NCBI GenBank assembly: GCA_030390025.1
Contig: CM059432.1
Span: forward strand, 88,104,001 to 88,168,000
DNA: 64,000 nt
Origin: Squalus acanthias
Taxonomy: Eukaryota
Direction: 5' to 3'
A program made the translations under genes and the position numbers. Positions 23,001 through 36,260 of this stretch are shown here, piece by piece. The notes under the pieces are model-generated. The model did no database searches. It had not been told where the DNA came from and saw nothing but the letters and a program-made list of their open reading frames with translations. How positions within the stretch are numbered: the stretch's first letter is position 1; every line of letters starts with the position of its first letter.

Positions 23001-24974
23001 TCAGACCAAAAAGCAAGTTTTGGCATTTTAAAACTATGTCTAGGCCTGTAAAGGAACAAGAGGTGGGTTCAACCTCTGTAAAAGCAGTTTTGGTTATTGC
23101 AGTTAATTGCACTGTCTGGGGAACTGGGATGACCCTACTCAAGCCCCAGCAAGCATTAACATTTTGACAATAGACCCTAGGAGAAGACAGTCCCACCCAA
23201 AACAACAGGTCCCATCAAACCAATTACAGGGCCCATCAGGAAACAAGCATAATACAAATCACCCAGGACCAGTCTAAAGAAAAGACTGAGTCCAGCCTAG
23301 AACCCAAAACACGAAACCAATCACCAGCAATCAGCCAAGGAGATCGACAGGATGCAAACCATCCCAAAACCCATTTGACACTCACAGAGCAGTTACTGGT
23401 GACAGGCCCGCCAAATTCAGACAATGAACTGAGCAGATTTGGCGGGTAGATAAGGCCATGTTCAATGGGTGAGATTGAAGGCCTGTTTAAAAAAAACAGT
23501 TAACACGCTAGTAAAGTCGTTACTGTTAACGAGGTCTTACAATGACCGGGATTCGATTTGGGGTAGATAAGGCCACTTCAATTTAGTATAATTGAAGGCC
23601 CATCAAGCAGTTCAGCAGTAACAACAGTTCAAGTTCAACAGAAGGCAGTTCTGCAGTTGAGAGTTCAATTGAAAGCCTGTTTTCAGCAGTAGTCAGTGCT
23701 GGAGTTACAGAGTTCAGGAGAAGCAAGTTGGGCAGTTAAAGAAGACAGTTCAGTAAGAAGGGAGTTCTCCAGTTCTCCAGCACAACAGTTACAGTTCTGC
23801 AAGAAGGCAGTTCCACAGCTTGGAAGAAGACAGTTTAAACAGAGGCAGAGTTCAACAGAAAGAAGTTCAACAAAGAAGGCCAACAGCTCCAGAAGCAGGC
23901 CGACACGCAAGAAGAAACCAGAGCAACAGTTCCAGTGACCATCAGACACCTCGCGGCAACAAGGGCCTTACGAAACCTTTTACTCAAAAGACTCTAAACC
24001 CTAACTCTCAACTGTCAAGGATTCTGGTGAGCATTATCCCTGGTTCTCCAGAGTCCAACCTAGCTAGTGAAGTGGGATTGGGAGGGGTGAAGTATTCTTC
24101 TAATGTTATTTCCCTCGCTTGTACCGAAGTGTTCCCCACTTTTAGAGTGTTAAGAGTGTTTGTGTTGTGTTTTACTTTCTTGAATAAAGATTGAAGTTCT
24201 TTCATCAAACTCAGTTGTCTGCTGCACCTTTTCATCACAACCCCCAAATAAGTCCAAGGTCTAGAACCAAGGCAGTGGGAGCGATTCGAACCGCTCAGAA
24301 GTCAGAGGCGAAGCTGACACAAAACACCACCACCCCCTACAGTAAGTGTGTGCGGGTGAGGTGAAGTTATGAATGTGAGGTGTGAGTCGTGTTTGGTAGA
24401 GATTGTTGGTAGGTGAGTGATGGGGGTGTGGTGGATTGAGCATTGTGTGAGGCTAGTGGTGCAGATGGTGGGATATGGCATTTGAAGATGAATTCACTGA
24501 CCATAACCACTCATGTGAGGTCATTAAACTTCTTCCAGGTCCTCAGGGCTACACAGCTGGCATTTACCACAGTGGCTATCTGCTCACACTGCAATCTGGT
24601 CTGTTGCCTGGAGGGCATCCTGGCCCCCTGTGGAAAGAGGATCTCTGTCCTGGAGTTGACTTCCTGGACCAGGGCCTCCAGTGCTGCATTGAAGAACCTA
24701 GGTGCACGCTCTCTCCCCTGTTGTGCCATCACAACAACTTTGTCCACTCTCTTCCCAGCCACTTCAATCATCTGTTGCAGGCAGAAGGCACCTCCCCTTC
24801 AAGAGGTGCAGACTGCTTTTAATTAGTGCAGTCTAGCTTTAATTGAACGTAGCCTCGCACAAACTTGCTGAGCGTTCAGCCACTCAGTAGCATGTTCAGC
24901 ACTGGTCTGAATGCTACAATCATGTAAATTAGCAGGCAGCACAAATTTTATCCCTCCAATCAGGTTTCCACCCC
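20080..24974. mobile_element. degraded autonomous-type Harbinger: transposase (+) and Myb/SANT gene (-), convergent
   Basis: Plus strand about 20280-21050: TALPVAVK.TVALKFF..GSFQ, GF..IAVFPMVQ (Harbi1-like). Minus strand 24511-24771: RERAPRF.NAALEALVQEV...WKKFNDL. Confidence 0.85.
22908..24341 (+). repeat. solo LTR (second, related family)
   Basis: TGTAAG...CCTACA, 4-bp TSD GTAA; empty site visible in the paralogous Harbinger near 41541; AATAAA at 24183. Confidence 0.9.
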
Positions 24975-25384
24975 TTCCACAGTACCGAAATGGCTCTTAT
25001 CAAAGCACATATGACATTCTATGTGGCTGTGACAATGGTAAACTATCCCTCCTTATCCTTCTCGAATTGTCTGTAGTCTTTGACACGGTTGACTACTCCA
25101 TCCTCCTCCAACGCCTCTCCACCGTCATCCAGCTGGGTGGGACTGCACTCGCCTGGTTCCATTCTTATCTATCTAATCGTAGCCAGAGAATCACTTGCAA
25201 TGGCTTCTCTTCCCACTCCTGCAACTTTACTTCTGGTGTCCTCCAAGGATCTATCCTTGGCCCCCTCCTATTTCTCATCTTCATGCTGCCCCTCGGCGAC
25301 ATCATTCAAAAACACTGCGTCAGTTTCCACATGTACACTGACAACACCCAGCTCTACCTCAACACCACCTCACGAATAACAATA

Positions 25385-28300
25385 GCATAGTGGTTATCTT
25401 ACTGGACTAGTAATCCAGAAGTCTTAGAATAATCATCCAGAGACGTGGGAACTTTAAATTCAGTTAATTAAATAAACCTGGAATTTAAAAAAAGCTAGTA
25501 TCAGTAATGGTAACAGTGAAACTATCAGATTGTCGTAAAAAACCCATCTGGTTCACTAATGTCCTTTAGGGAAGGAAATCTGGCATCCTTACCTGGTCTG
25601 GCCAATACATGTCTCCAGACCTACAGCAATGCGGTTGACTCTTAGCTGCCCTCTGAAATGGCCTAGCAAGCCACTCAGTTGTAAAAAAACCACTATGAAA
25701 AACAATAATAAGAATAAAACGGGACAGACCACCCAGCATCGACCTAGGCACTGGCTTCAGACATGACAATGGCACACCCAGCCCAATCGAACCTGCAAAA
25801 TCCTCCTCACTAACATCTGGGGACTTGTGCCAAAATTGTGCCAGACTAGTGAAGCAACAGCCTAACATAGTCATACTCACAGAATCATACCTTTCAGCCA
25901 ATGTCCCAGACTCCTCCATCACCATCCCTCTATACAGTCGGGAGGGAGTGGTAATGGAGGAGTCCTCAACATTGACTCCAGCGCCCATGAAGTCTCATGG
26001 TTTCAGGTAATGCATGGGCAAGGAAATTATCACCTACCGCCCTCCCTCAGCTGATGAATCAGTACTCCTCCATGTTGAACACCACTTGGAAGAAGCACTG
26101 AGAGTAGCAAGGGCACAGAATGTACTCTGGGTGGGGGACTTCAATGTCCATCACAAAGAATGGTTCGGTAGCACAACTACTGACCGAGCTGGCCGAGTCC
26201 TGAAGGACATAGCTGCCAGACTGGGCCTGCGACAGGTGGTGAGAGAACCAACACGAGGGAAAATCCTACTTGATCTCGTCCTCACCAACCTACCTGTCGC
26301 AGATGCCTCTGTCCATGACAGCATTGGTAGCAGTGACCACAGCCCGTGTGGAGACGAAGTCCCGTCTTCACACTGATGACTCCCTTCATTGTGTTGTGTG
26401 GCACTACCACCGTTCTAAATGGGATAGATTCAGAACAGCTCTAGCAGCTCAAAACTAGGCATCCATGAGGCGCAGTGGGCCATCAGCAGCAGCAGCAGCA
26501 GAATTGTATTCCACCACAATCTGTAACCTCGTGTCCCGACATATCTCTCACTCTACTATTACCAGCAAGCTAGGGACCAACCCTGGTTCAATAAGGAGTG
26601 TAGAAGAGCATGCCAGGAGCAGCAGCAGGCGTACTTAAAAATGAGGTGCCAACCTGGGGAAGCTGCAACACAGGACTACATGCATGCTAAACAGCGGAAG
26701 CAGCATGCTATAGAAAGAACTAGGCGATCCCACAATCAATGGATCAGATCAAAGCTCTGCAGTCCTGCCACATCAAGCCGTGAATGGTGGTGGACCATTC
26801 AACAATTAACGGGTGGAGGAGGCTCCATGAATATTCCCATCTTCAATGATGGTGGAGCCCAGCATGCAAGTGCAAAAGACAAGGCTGAAGCGTTTGCAAC
26901 CATCTTCAGCCAGAAGTGCCGAGTGGATGATCTATATCGGCCTCCTCCTGAGGTCCCCACCATCACAGCAGCCAGTCTTCAGCCAATTCGATTCCGTCCA
27001 CTTGATATCAAGAAAAGGCTGCGTGCACTGGATACAGCAATGGCTATGGGCCCCGACAACATTGTGAAAAATTGCCCAGGTATGTCCTGTCAACAAAAAG
27101 CATGACAAATCTAATCCAGCCAATTACTGTCCCATCAGTCTACTCTCAATCATCGGCAATATGATGGAAGGTGTCGTCGACAATGCTATCAAGCAGTACT
27201 TACTCACCAATAACCTGCTCACCGATGCTCAATTTGGGTTCCTCCAGCACCACTCGGCTCCAGACCTCATTACAGCCTTGGTCCAAATATGGACAAAAGA
27301 GCTGAATTCCAGAGGTGAGGTGAGAGTGACTGCCCTTAACACAGCATTTCACCTGAGTGTGGCATCAAGGAGCCCTCATAAAATTGAAGTCAATGGGAAT
27401 CGGGGGGAAAACTCTCCACTGGCTGGAGTCATACCTACCACAAAGGAAGATGGTTGTGGTTGTTGGAGGCCTATCATCTCAGCCCCAGGACATCGCTGAG
27501 GAGTTCCTCAGGGCAGTGTCTTAGGCCCAACCATCTTCAGCTGCTTCGTCAATGACCTTCCCCCCATCATAAGATCAGATGTGGGGATGTTCGCTGATGA
27601 TTGCACAGTGTTCAATTCCATTTGCAACTCCTCAGATAATGAAGCAGTCCATGCTTTCATGCAACAAGACCTGGACGACATTCAGCTTGGGCTGATAAAT
27701 GGCAAGTAACATTTGCGCCACACAAGTGCCAGGCAATGACTATCTCCAACAAGCCAGAGTCTAACCACTGTCCCTTGACATTCAACAGAATTACCATCGC
27801 CGAATCTCCCACCATCAACATCCTGCGGGTCACCATTGACCAGAAGCTTAACTGGACCAGCCACCTAAATCATATGGCAACAAGAGCAGGTCAGAGGCTG
27901 GGTATTCTGCGGTGAGTGTCTCACCTGACTCCCCAAAGCCTTTCCAGCATCTACAAGGCACAAGTAAGGAGTGTGATGGAATACTCTCCACTTGCCTGGA
28001 TGAGTGCAGCTCCAACAACACTCAAGAAGCTCGACATCATCCAGGACAAAACAGCCTGCTTGATTGGCACCCCATCCACCACCTTAAACATTCACTCCCT
28101 CCACCACCGGCGCACCGTGGCTGCAGTGTATACCATCTACAAGATGCACTGCAGCAACTCACCAGGGCTTGTTCGACAGCACCTCCCAAACCCATGACTT
28201 CTACCACCTAGATGGACAAGGGCAGTAGATGCATGGAAATGCCACCACCTGCAAGTTCCCGTCCATCGTTGCTGGGTCAAAATCCTGGAACTCCCTCCCT

Positions 28301-28406
28301 AACAGCACTGTGGGAGTACCTTCACAACACGGACTGCAGCGGTTCAAGAAGGCTGCTCACCAGCACCTTCTCAAGGGCAATTAGGGATGGGCAATAAATG
28401 CTGGCC
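25385..28406 (+). mobile_element. near-full-length LINE family B with tRNA-like head, EN and RT (degenerate)
   Basis: tRNA-like 5' segment; EN motifs ILTESY, YRPPS, GDFNVHH, SDH; RT QFGF, FADD; 3' tail matches other family-B copies. Confidence 0.85.
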
Positions 28407-28409
28407 ATT

Positions 28410-29122
28410 GGGGGAGAAATTCGGTATTGCCCCGCTTGGGGCGCTAACTTTTAAAAGTAAAAAAAAATTAACGCTAGGAATTAAAAAAATTCGGGGTTTG
28501 CACTAAATCAAGCGCTCCACTTCCTTCCTGGAGCACAACAGGCAGCAGGCGGGGCGGTAGGTGAGCAGTGCTGCCCACTGGGCCATGCAGTGCTGCTGCG
28601 TTGGAAGGCTCCTTCCCTCCCTTAAAGGGAAGGGCCATCGCTGCAGGCTCTGCAAGGGGAAAACTTACCTCGTCCCCGATGACAGCTGCGATCCGGCCCG
28701 ATCAGCTCGATGCACTGCAGCAGAGTGCCGGGCTGATCGATCGCTGGCGAAGCCAAATGAAAAAAAATGAGGAAGTGTATTTCAGAATTTTTTTTACTTA
28801 CCTCGGCCACCTCGCCTTTAAGTATCGTCCCCGACATGCCCGGCGTCCCAATGAATGCCTCCTGCAGCTGCCGGTGTTTTCGCCCGGCAATGCTGCAGGG
28901 GGCGGAACCAAAGTTCGGATCCGGGGCGCTACTGGGGCGATGTGCATGGCGATGATGTCACGATCTCCGGGTGAAGGAGATTGAGGCGCAACGCCATACC
29001 ACCGCCGCAAACCTCTCACCGAATATAACGGGAGTCGATCTTCTCGCCGCGCCCGGTCTGTAAGTGCTTAGCGCCCCGTTATCGCCCTCTGGACGCAATA
29101 ACGGGAGGCCAATTTCTAGGCC
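28410..29122. mobile_element. GC-rich Harbinger-like MITE
   Basis: GGGGGAGAAATT ... AATTTCTAGGCC, ATT duplication. Confidence 0.65.
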
Positions 29123-29889
29123 ATTATCTTTGGTCCGTGCCACAAACTCCGTTCCCTAGCCACCGACTCCACCCCTCTCCCTAGCATCTGCCTGAGGCTA
29201 AACCAGACTGTTTGCAACCCTGGTGTCATATTTGACCCTGAAACGAGCTTCCAACCACGTATCCATGCCATTACTAAGACTGCCTATTTCCACCTCCGTA
29301 ACATCGCCCGATTCTGCCCCTGCCTCAGCTCATCTGCTGCCGAAACTCTTATCCATGCCTTTGTTCCTCCAAGACTTGACGATTGCAATACACTCCTGGC
29401 TGGCTCCCATGTTCACCCCTATGTAAACTTGATGTTATCTAAATCTAGGCTGCCCGTGTCCTAACTCGCACCAAGTCCTGTTCACCCATCACTCATGTGC
29501 TCGCTGACCTACATTGGCTCCCAGTTAAGCTACGCCTCAATTTTAAAATTCTCAATCTTGTCTTCAAATCCCTCCCTGGCCTCGCCCCTCCCTATCTCTG
29601 TAATCTCCTCCAGCCCCACCCCACCCTCCCGAGATATCTGCGCTCCTCTAATTCTGGCCTCTTGAGCATGCCTGATTTTAATCGCTCAACCATTGGTGGC
29701 CGTGCCTTCAGCTGCTAAGGCCCTAAGCTCTGGAAATCCCTCCCTAAACCTCTCTGCCTCCCTACCTCTCTTTCCTCCTTTAAATCTACCTCATCCGCCT
29801 AATTTCTCCTTATGTGACTCGGTGTCAAATTTTGTTTTAAAGCATTTTACTCTATAAATACAAGTTGTTGTAGTTGTTGTTGTTGCTGG

Positions 29890-30460
29890 GTGTATACTAT
29901 AGGCCACCAAATAGTGGGAATGAGATAGAGGAGCAAATTTGAAGGCAAATTGCAGAAAGATGCAAGAACTTTAGAGCAGTGATAATGTGAGAATTCAATT
30001 TTCCTAATATAGACTGGGAAAATAACAGTGTAAAGGGAAAAGAGGGGGAGGAATTCCTGAAATATGTACAAGACAACTTTTTATTCAGTATTTTGCCAGC
30101 CCAATGAGGAAGGAAGCAGTGCTGGAACTAGTTCTGGAGAATGAAGTGGGACAAGTGGAGCATGTTTCAGTGGGAGAGCAGTTGGAAATGGTGGTTACAG
30201 TATCATTAGGTTTAGAGTAGTTATGGAAAAGGACAAGGAAAAATCAAACTTGAAAATACTCAACTGGAGGAGGGCTAACTTCAATGAGTTGAACATGGAT
30301 CTGGCTCAGATGGATTGCAAACATAGATTGGCTGGTTAAACAGTAAATGAGCAATGGGAGGCCTTCAAAGAAGAGATACTTCATGTACAGACTAGACACA
30401 TTCCCACGATGGGGAAAGAAAAGGCATCCAAAGCTAGAGCTCCCTGGATGTCTAAAGATA
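29890..30460 (+). mobile_element. CR1 endonuclease-region fragment
   Basis: VYYRPPN, LELVLENEVGQV, RAPWM motifs. Confidence 0.75.
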
Positions 30461-30462
30461 TA

Positions 30463-31192
30463 GGGGAAGAAATTGGCTAACCCCCGAAAACGGGCATGCA
30501 GATCGCATTAGGCGATTATTCCACGCCTGTTCATTGTGTTGCAGGCAGCACAGTCAATTCATGCTGTCCGGTTTTACATGATTGCTGTGTGCAGCCAGCG
30601 CTACCCGCGCTGTTCATTGACTGCACGCATCAGCAGGGGGCCTGATATCACGAGTGACTAGCACTACATAAAGGCAGCCTGCAAGTCTTAAAGGAGAGGT
30701 CATCTGGGTTGTGATACTTTGAGCAATAGCTGAACTTGCAAGAGAGCAAGCACCAAGGTTTTCAGACAATGCACTAGAGGTTTTGGTGGAAGAGGTGAAA
30801 AGAAGGAGAAACATCCTGTATCCGCAGGGTGCAGGAGGCCCTCCAGTGGGAACAAGTAGCGGGGAGGTCAATGCCACAAGTGTTGCAAACTTACCTGAAA
30901 GCTGTGTGTGTCCCATTAAGAAGTGCTGACAACGTCTCTGTCATCTGCTGAACGCTTGCGCTAAGGTCAAAGTTTACAGAGTGTGATGTTAAGTCGGCGT
31001 TGCATGCTGACTGATGTCACGCTCTCCTCATTTGCATCTCCAGGGCCAGCACTGCTATCAGCAGTGCTAAAGCCCTCACCAAAATGGCGGCCGCCGGGTC
31101 CCACGCCAGAGAAGGGCGTTAAAGTGACGGCCACCATTTTTTGCAAGGATAACGCGCAAACAGGTGGCGATAGCTAGGGAATTTCTCCCCCC
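30463..31192. mobile_element. Harbinger-derived MITE with Myb remnant
   Basis: GGGGAAGAAATT ... AATTTCTCCCC; internal APRFSDNALEVLVEEV. Confidence 0.7.
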
Positions 31193-31204
31193 AAAAATTT
31201 CCCC

Positions 31205-31525
31205 ACCACCGACATTATGCTGACTGGCCTATCATTGTCAGGTTTATCCCTCTCCCCTTTTTTGAACAAGGGCGTAATGTTTGCAATCCTCCAGTCACCT
31301 GACACCACTTCCATATCCAAGGAGGATTGGAAGATTGTGGCCAGAGCCTACGCAATTTCCACCCTTACTTACCTCAGCAACCTAGGATGCATCCTATCTG
31401 GACCGGGTTTCTTTTCCACTTTGAGCGCTGCCAACTTTTAACTACCTCCTTTTTTCATTTTCAATTTCTCTACTACCTCGTCCTTTACTGTGACATTGGC
31501 AGCAGCCTCTTCTTTAGTGAAGACT
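31205..31525 (-). mobile_element. CR1 RT fragment
   Basis: Minus strand encodes GPDRMHPR and ANITPLFKKG-type motifs. Confidence 0.75.
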
Positions 31526-31559
31526 AATTGCATGGGTTTTTGGAGCTTTTCTATAATTG

Positions 31560-32030
31560 CCTAAAATTTGAATTGTCTACAGGGAGTGGTCTGGCTGGTG
31601 CTGAAGTACTTTTCTGTTGATTTAAAAGCTTGTGCTGAAACAAGTTGCTTCCAGACATGGGTTGTCTTGTAGGCCTTCCTCTTGGAATTGAGCATGACTG
31701 GGGAATGAAGAGAGGCTACATAGAGCAGGACAAGCTACTAGAAGAGGGAGGAGGAGGAGGGGGAGAAGGGGTCTCAGCAGAAGGCCATATCTGCTGAGGG
31801 TCTTTATGGAGCAGTTCTCTTACCACAACTTCAGCGAGGACCAATGCTTCAGACATCTTCACTTCACAAAAGAGGTCGTGACTGAAATCTGCCGACTGCT
31901 GCAGCCTCAAAGAAGGGCAAGGACTGCATTACCAGTGATCGTGGCTCTATAGCTTTTATATGTTTGGCTCCTTCCAGGCTACTGCTGGAGATATAAGCAA
32001 CATCTCGCTGTTTGCAGTACACTGCTGCAT
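31560..32030 (+). mobile_element. Harbinger transposase 5' remnant
   Basis: Similar to 20100-20490. Confidence 0.55.
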
Positions 32031-32119
32031 AACAACAACAACAACTTGTATTTATATAACACTTTTAATGTAGTATAACATCCCAAGGTGCTTCATAGGA
32101 GCATTATCAAACAAAATGT

Positions 32120-32567
32120 TGCTTATATCTTCAGTTATGTGGAGAGACTAGAGAAGCTGAGATTGTTCTCCTTAGAGCAGAGAAGGTTAAGGGGAGATTT
32201 GATAGAGGTGTTCAAAATCATGAAGGGTTTTGAAGAGTAAATAAGGAGAAACTGTTTCCAGTGGCAGAAGGATCAGTAACCAGAGGACACAGATTTAAGA
32301 TAATTGGCAAAAGAACCAGAAGTGACATGAGGAGAAAGATTTTTACACAGCGAGTTGTTATGATCTGGAATGCACTGCCTGAAGGAATGTTGGCAGCAGA
32401 TTCGATAATAACTTTCAAAGGGAATTGGATAAGTACTGAAGAAGAAAAATTTGCAGGGCTCTGAGGAACGTGCAAGGGAATGGGACTAATTGTTAGCTCT
32501 TTCAAAGAGCCGGCAGAGGCATGATGGGCCGAGTGGCCTCCTTCTGTATCATTCTATGATTCTATGA
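32120..32567 (+). mobile_element. CR1 LINE 3' end
   Basis: TRGHRFK, FTQRVV; ATTCTATG tail repeats. Confidence 0.85.
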
Positions 32568-33697
32568 TGCGCTGACACTATCAGCTGACACTTATTGCAT
32601 TATGTGTAACAAAATAATTGAAAAGAACAGATTTTCTTGCACGTAGCGCACAGAAGATTTCCTCCAGGTGGTTTGATTGAGCAGCGTAGAGATTCCTCTT
32701 TAGGAAATACAAAACAAACATAAGATCCAATGTCAGATCTCCTGTCACTCTATGAAAACGTTTTCTATCACAAGCACTATTATTTCTCCAAATAACTCAT
32801 GTGTAAAACAGCAAGCATCAGGAATCATGCTGTATATTTTTGCTTTGTCTGTGTAACCTGTAGAGTCAGTATGCTTGTCCTTACACCACAAGGCAAATGG
32901 TTTCTACTTATTATTATACAACTTCTGTGTGGATGGCTTCCAAGAGGCCACAATAGAAACCATTGTCTGCTGTACCAGTCTGTATCAGGAACCAAGCCAT
33001 TAACTTCAAACTAGTTGCAGTAGATGCCAAACCTTCTCTCTTTCTGTGAAAGCAAGTCCTTCTGTTGAATAGATGCCAATGATTGGCCTTTCAAAAACAA
33101 GATCAGAAAATAATGGTTCTCATTATCAGTGCAATACAATAAGGATATGTCCATTCCTCTTTGAAATTAAAACTTGACGGATGCTCAGAGGAACCCGCTA
33201 TGAATTTAAGGTCAGTCAGAGGTAGATCGCTGTGAAAGAAAGAGCTGATATTTACATAGCATTTTATCATGCCCTCAGGAAGTCCCAAAATTTTTTTACA
33301 ATCAATTAATTACTTTTGAAACACAGTCACTGTTGTTGTGTAGGCAATTATGGCAGGCAATTGGCAAGTGATGACTAACCAGAAATTTTTGGACTTTGCT
33401 TACGGCTCCATGTCATAACTTCTTTCCCCCAACTTGGCGAGCACTTTTTTTCCTGCTCTTTTAAAGAACTTTGAGACATCTCCTGTATGTGAGGAATGGC
33501 GCAGAAATGTAAGTCATTGAAGAGAAAAGGTCTGTAAATGGGACTACACCCTAATTTGTCAAAATCTAGAAATGGCACATGTGGCAGGACCATATTTCTG
33601 CTGAGGATATCCTCTAACATGCGTATTAGATGCTTTGCAGCTAAGGATATGCTGCATCCGGTAACAGTGCCCTTTCACTAGTGTCTACAGACACCAA

Positions 33698-34299
33698 GGG
33701 GTAGAAATTTGCCTGTTTTGTGGATCTGAAATGGGCGCCATGTAGTCCAATTTTGCAGTGTGATGTCCTGTGCTGAAAGTGCGCACGGTGCTATGCTGGT
33801 TGGAGTGTTTGTTAGGTCCTTGGAGGCCATCTGAAACAAATGCAAGCTTCATTAAAATATGTTAATATGGGTCTTGCAGCTGAATTAGGACCTTTTTCAG
33901 AAATTGGTGGCCACTTGGTGGAAAGAAGATGCCCATCCTCCTGCTGACTTCCTCCACCAATACCTCCAATGCAGCGCCAAAGAAACAGTGGGTCCTTGCA
34001 ACTTTTGCTCTGCCTGCCATTGTGAGAAACTTTCAGCCACAGTTGCCTGCAGCCAAAGTGCACCCCCCCCTTTAAGAGGTGCAGGCTCTTAAATGGCATC
34101 ATCACTGTGCAATATTGATGCCCCTTCCATTAGCCAAGCTGCCAATGAACAGTGCAAATAGTGCTGGCAGCCTGCCTGCTCTATTTAAATGAAGCACGGA
34201 CCAATTTGGGGCCTTAGTTGTGTCCATTTGATCAGGTACATGCTCCAAGCGTGGCACCCATTCTGCACTCGAAAATGGGATTAAATCAATTTCTACTAC
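33698..34299. mobile_element. Harbinger-like MITE
   Basis: GGGGTAGAAATT ... AATTTCTACTAC, CAA duplication. Confidence 0.65.
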
Positions 34300-34814
34300 C
34301 AAATTTTGTATACTAGCATTCTATGTTTGCTGAAATATTCATAAATGTCTGTAGAAAAATAACATGGCACTGCAGAAAAGAAAGAAACTCCTGGTCCCTA
34401 AATTAGAGCCTGTTGATGTACTAGTATTATTGATACACCCATTTCCTGTAGATATGGGCTTCCCAATTGGTCAATGGGTTTGAGTTAAAATGAGTATGGA
34501 TGGTGGAGGGACGACATAGAGATCCCAATCAGAACATGGTCCTTGATAATCCACCAAAAGGGGATTTCTGCTGATGAAGAATTTGGTACCACCAATATAG
34601 GAGTGAATGTTTCGGTGACCATTGTGACATGTAGGTTCCATTGAAACGCTCTCACGAAGAGCATACTGGAGGAATAGAAATTTATTGTGAGATGCTTTGT
34701 GAAAATAGTGCATCCTGTAATATCTCACCTGTCTGATGGTAGAGTAACTAGCATGAATATTTCCTGATTAACCTGTTTGATTATCACATGTCTCAGATGA
34801 GCCAAGAACACTCT

Positions 34815-35544
34815 GGGGGTGAAATTCGCCACCTTTGCGCCCGCTGTTAGTGCCTCCGGGGGGGGGGTTATCGCTCACGCGGGGGCGCTAAAAGCATGCC
34901 GAGAAATTAGGCGGGGCGCTACAGAGGTGCTAGCCGATAGTGCCGCGTCGGTGCCGGTAGCGCCCCGGGCTGCTGCGCCGCCGGCGATGACGTCATCGCT
35001 GAGCGACGTGGCCCCTTAGTGCCCCACGGTCGAAATTCGGTTGCACCCCGCAAAGCTGCCGCGTGTGATGTCAGCGACAACCTTGCGGGTCGCGAGCCGG
35101 GCCACACACCGTTGGCGGGGCGCCAATTAAAGGGGCAGTCCAGCTGCGCCCCACATTGACATTTTTTATTTTAGCCGACCTCCAGGTTGGCCCCTCTTTA
35201 TGGCCCTTGGGCTGCGGCCACGGCACCACGCTGCCCTGGTGGGCTAGTGGAGGCTGTCAAACGGCCTGCAGGGTGCGCAGCGGCCCTCCCCTTTAACAGA
35301 AGGGGAGGAGCGCTGAAACACGTCAGCGCTAAGAGGAGCAGCCGTGTAGCGCTCCGGCGCTAACGCACCTTGTGCCCCACACACCGCCCCAAGAGGAAGT
35401 GGCGCGCCCGAGACAGCACTCTGCTTCCTTGCCGGGGTGATAAGCCCAATTTAGCCGCCGGTGCAGTACTCCTGCCCCGGGCGCTAAATGTGAGGCGCTA
35501 ATTCGGTTCCCGCCCCAAAAGGGGCATAACTGAATTCTGCCCCC
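34815..35544. mobile_element. GC/CpG-rich Harbinger-like MITE
   Basis: GGGGGTGAAATTC ... GAATTCTGCCCCC, TCT duplication. Confidence 0.7.
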
Positions 35545-35611
35545 TCTGTGTTTTGGAAATAAACAACAGCTGTTGTAAAACATACTTCTTTTCTGCTTTA
35601 AGGCACTTACT

Positions 35612-36260
35612 CACATGGTGGGTGATACAGAGACTTTAGAAAGGGTGCAGAAGAAGACCACTAGACTAATTCTCACTTTAAAGCATCTTAGTTATCAAGA
35701 TAGGCTAAAAGAGTTGGGACTCTACACTTTAGAGAAGCGTAGACTTAGAGGTGATCTGATTGAAGTTTATAAGATAATGAAGGGAATAGATTGTGTTCCA
35801 GCTGACAGTTTATTCCAATAGGTTAGGGAGGACCAGGGATCACAAATTTAAGTTATATAAGGCCAGATCTAGGTTAGATATCAGGAGGTTCTTTTCCCAG
35901 AGAATAGTGGAACTCTGGAACAGGCTGCCATCTCGTGCGATGGATGCTGATTCGCTGGACCTGTTTCTGGCTGGGGCGGAGATCACCTCTTACAGAAGGT
36001 AGGTACTGCAAGGAATTCAGGGCCAGAGTGATTTCCTGAACTAGTTTTGATTGCCTAGATGGATCGGAGAGAAATTTCCCAGATTTTTTTTCTCCAAATT
36101 GTCCTGGGTTTTTTAATCTGGATTTTCGCCTCTCCCAGGAGATCACATGGTTTCGGGTGGGGTGGAGAGTATATATTGTGATACACAAGGTATCGCAATT
36201 GTATGGGACAGGCTTGATGGATCAGAGGGTCTTTACCGGTCCGTCATTGTTCGTATGTTC
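35612..36260 (+). mobile_element. CR1 LINE 3' end
   Basis: LERVQKKTTR, LYTLEKRRLRGDLIEVYK. Confidence 0.8.

Larger units (their letters stand above)
24980..29840 (+). mobile_element. L2 LINE RT fragment (about 24980-25372 and 29123-29840) split by later insertions
   Basis: LELSVVFDTVD, GVLQGSILGPLLF, HMYTDNTQLY; later LHWLPV...FKIL and IGGRAFS. Confidence 0.8.

Noticed and set aside
25385..25450. tRNA-Thr(AGT) gene
   Set aside because: No T-arm, B box or acceptor stem; it is a retroposon head
34815..35544. CpG island / host promoter
   Set aside because: Bounded by TIRs and a TCT duplication, so a MITE
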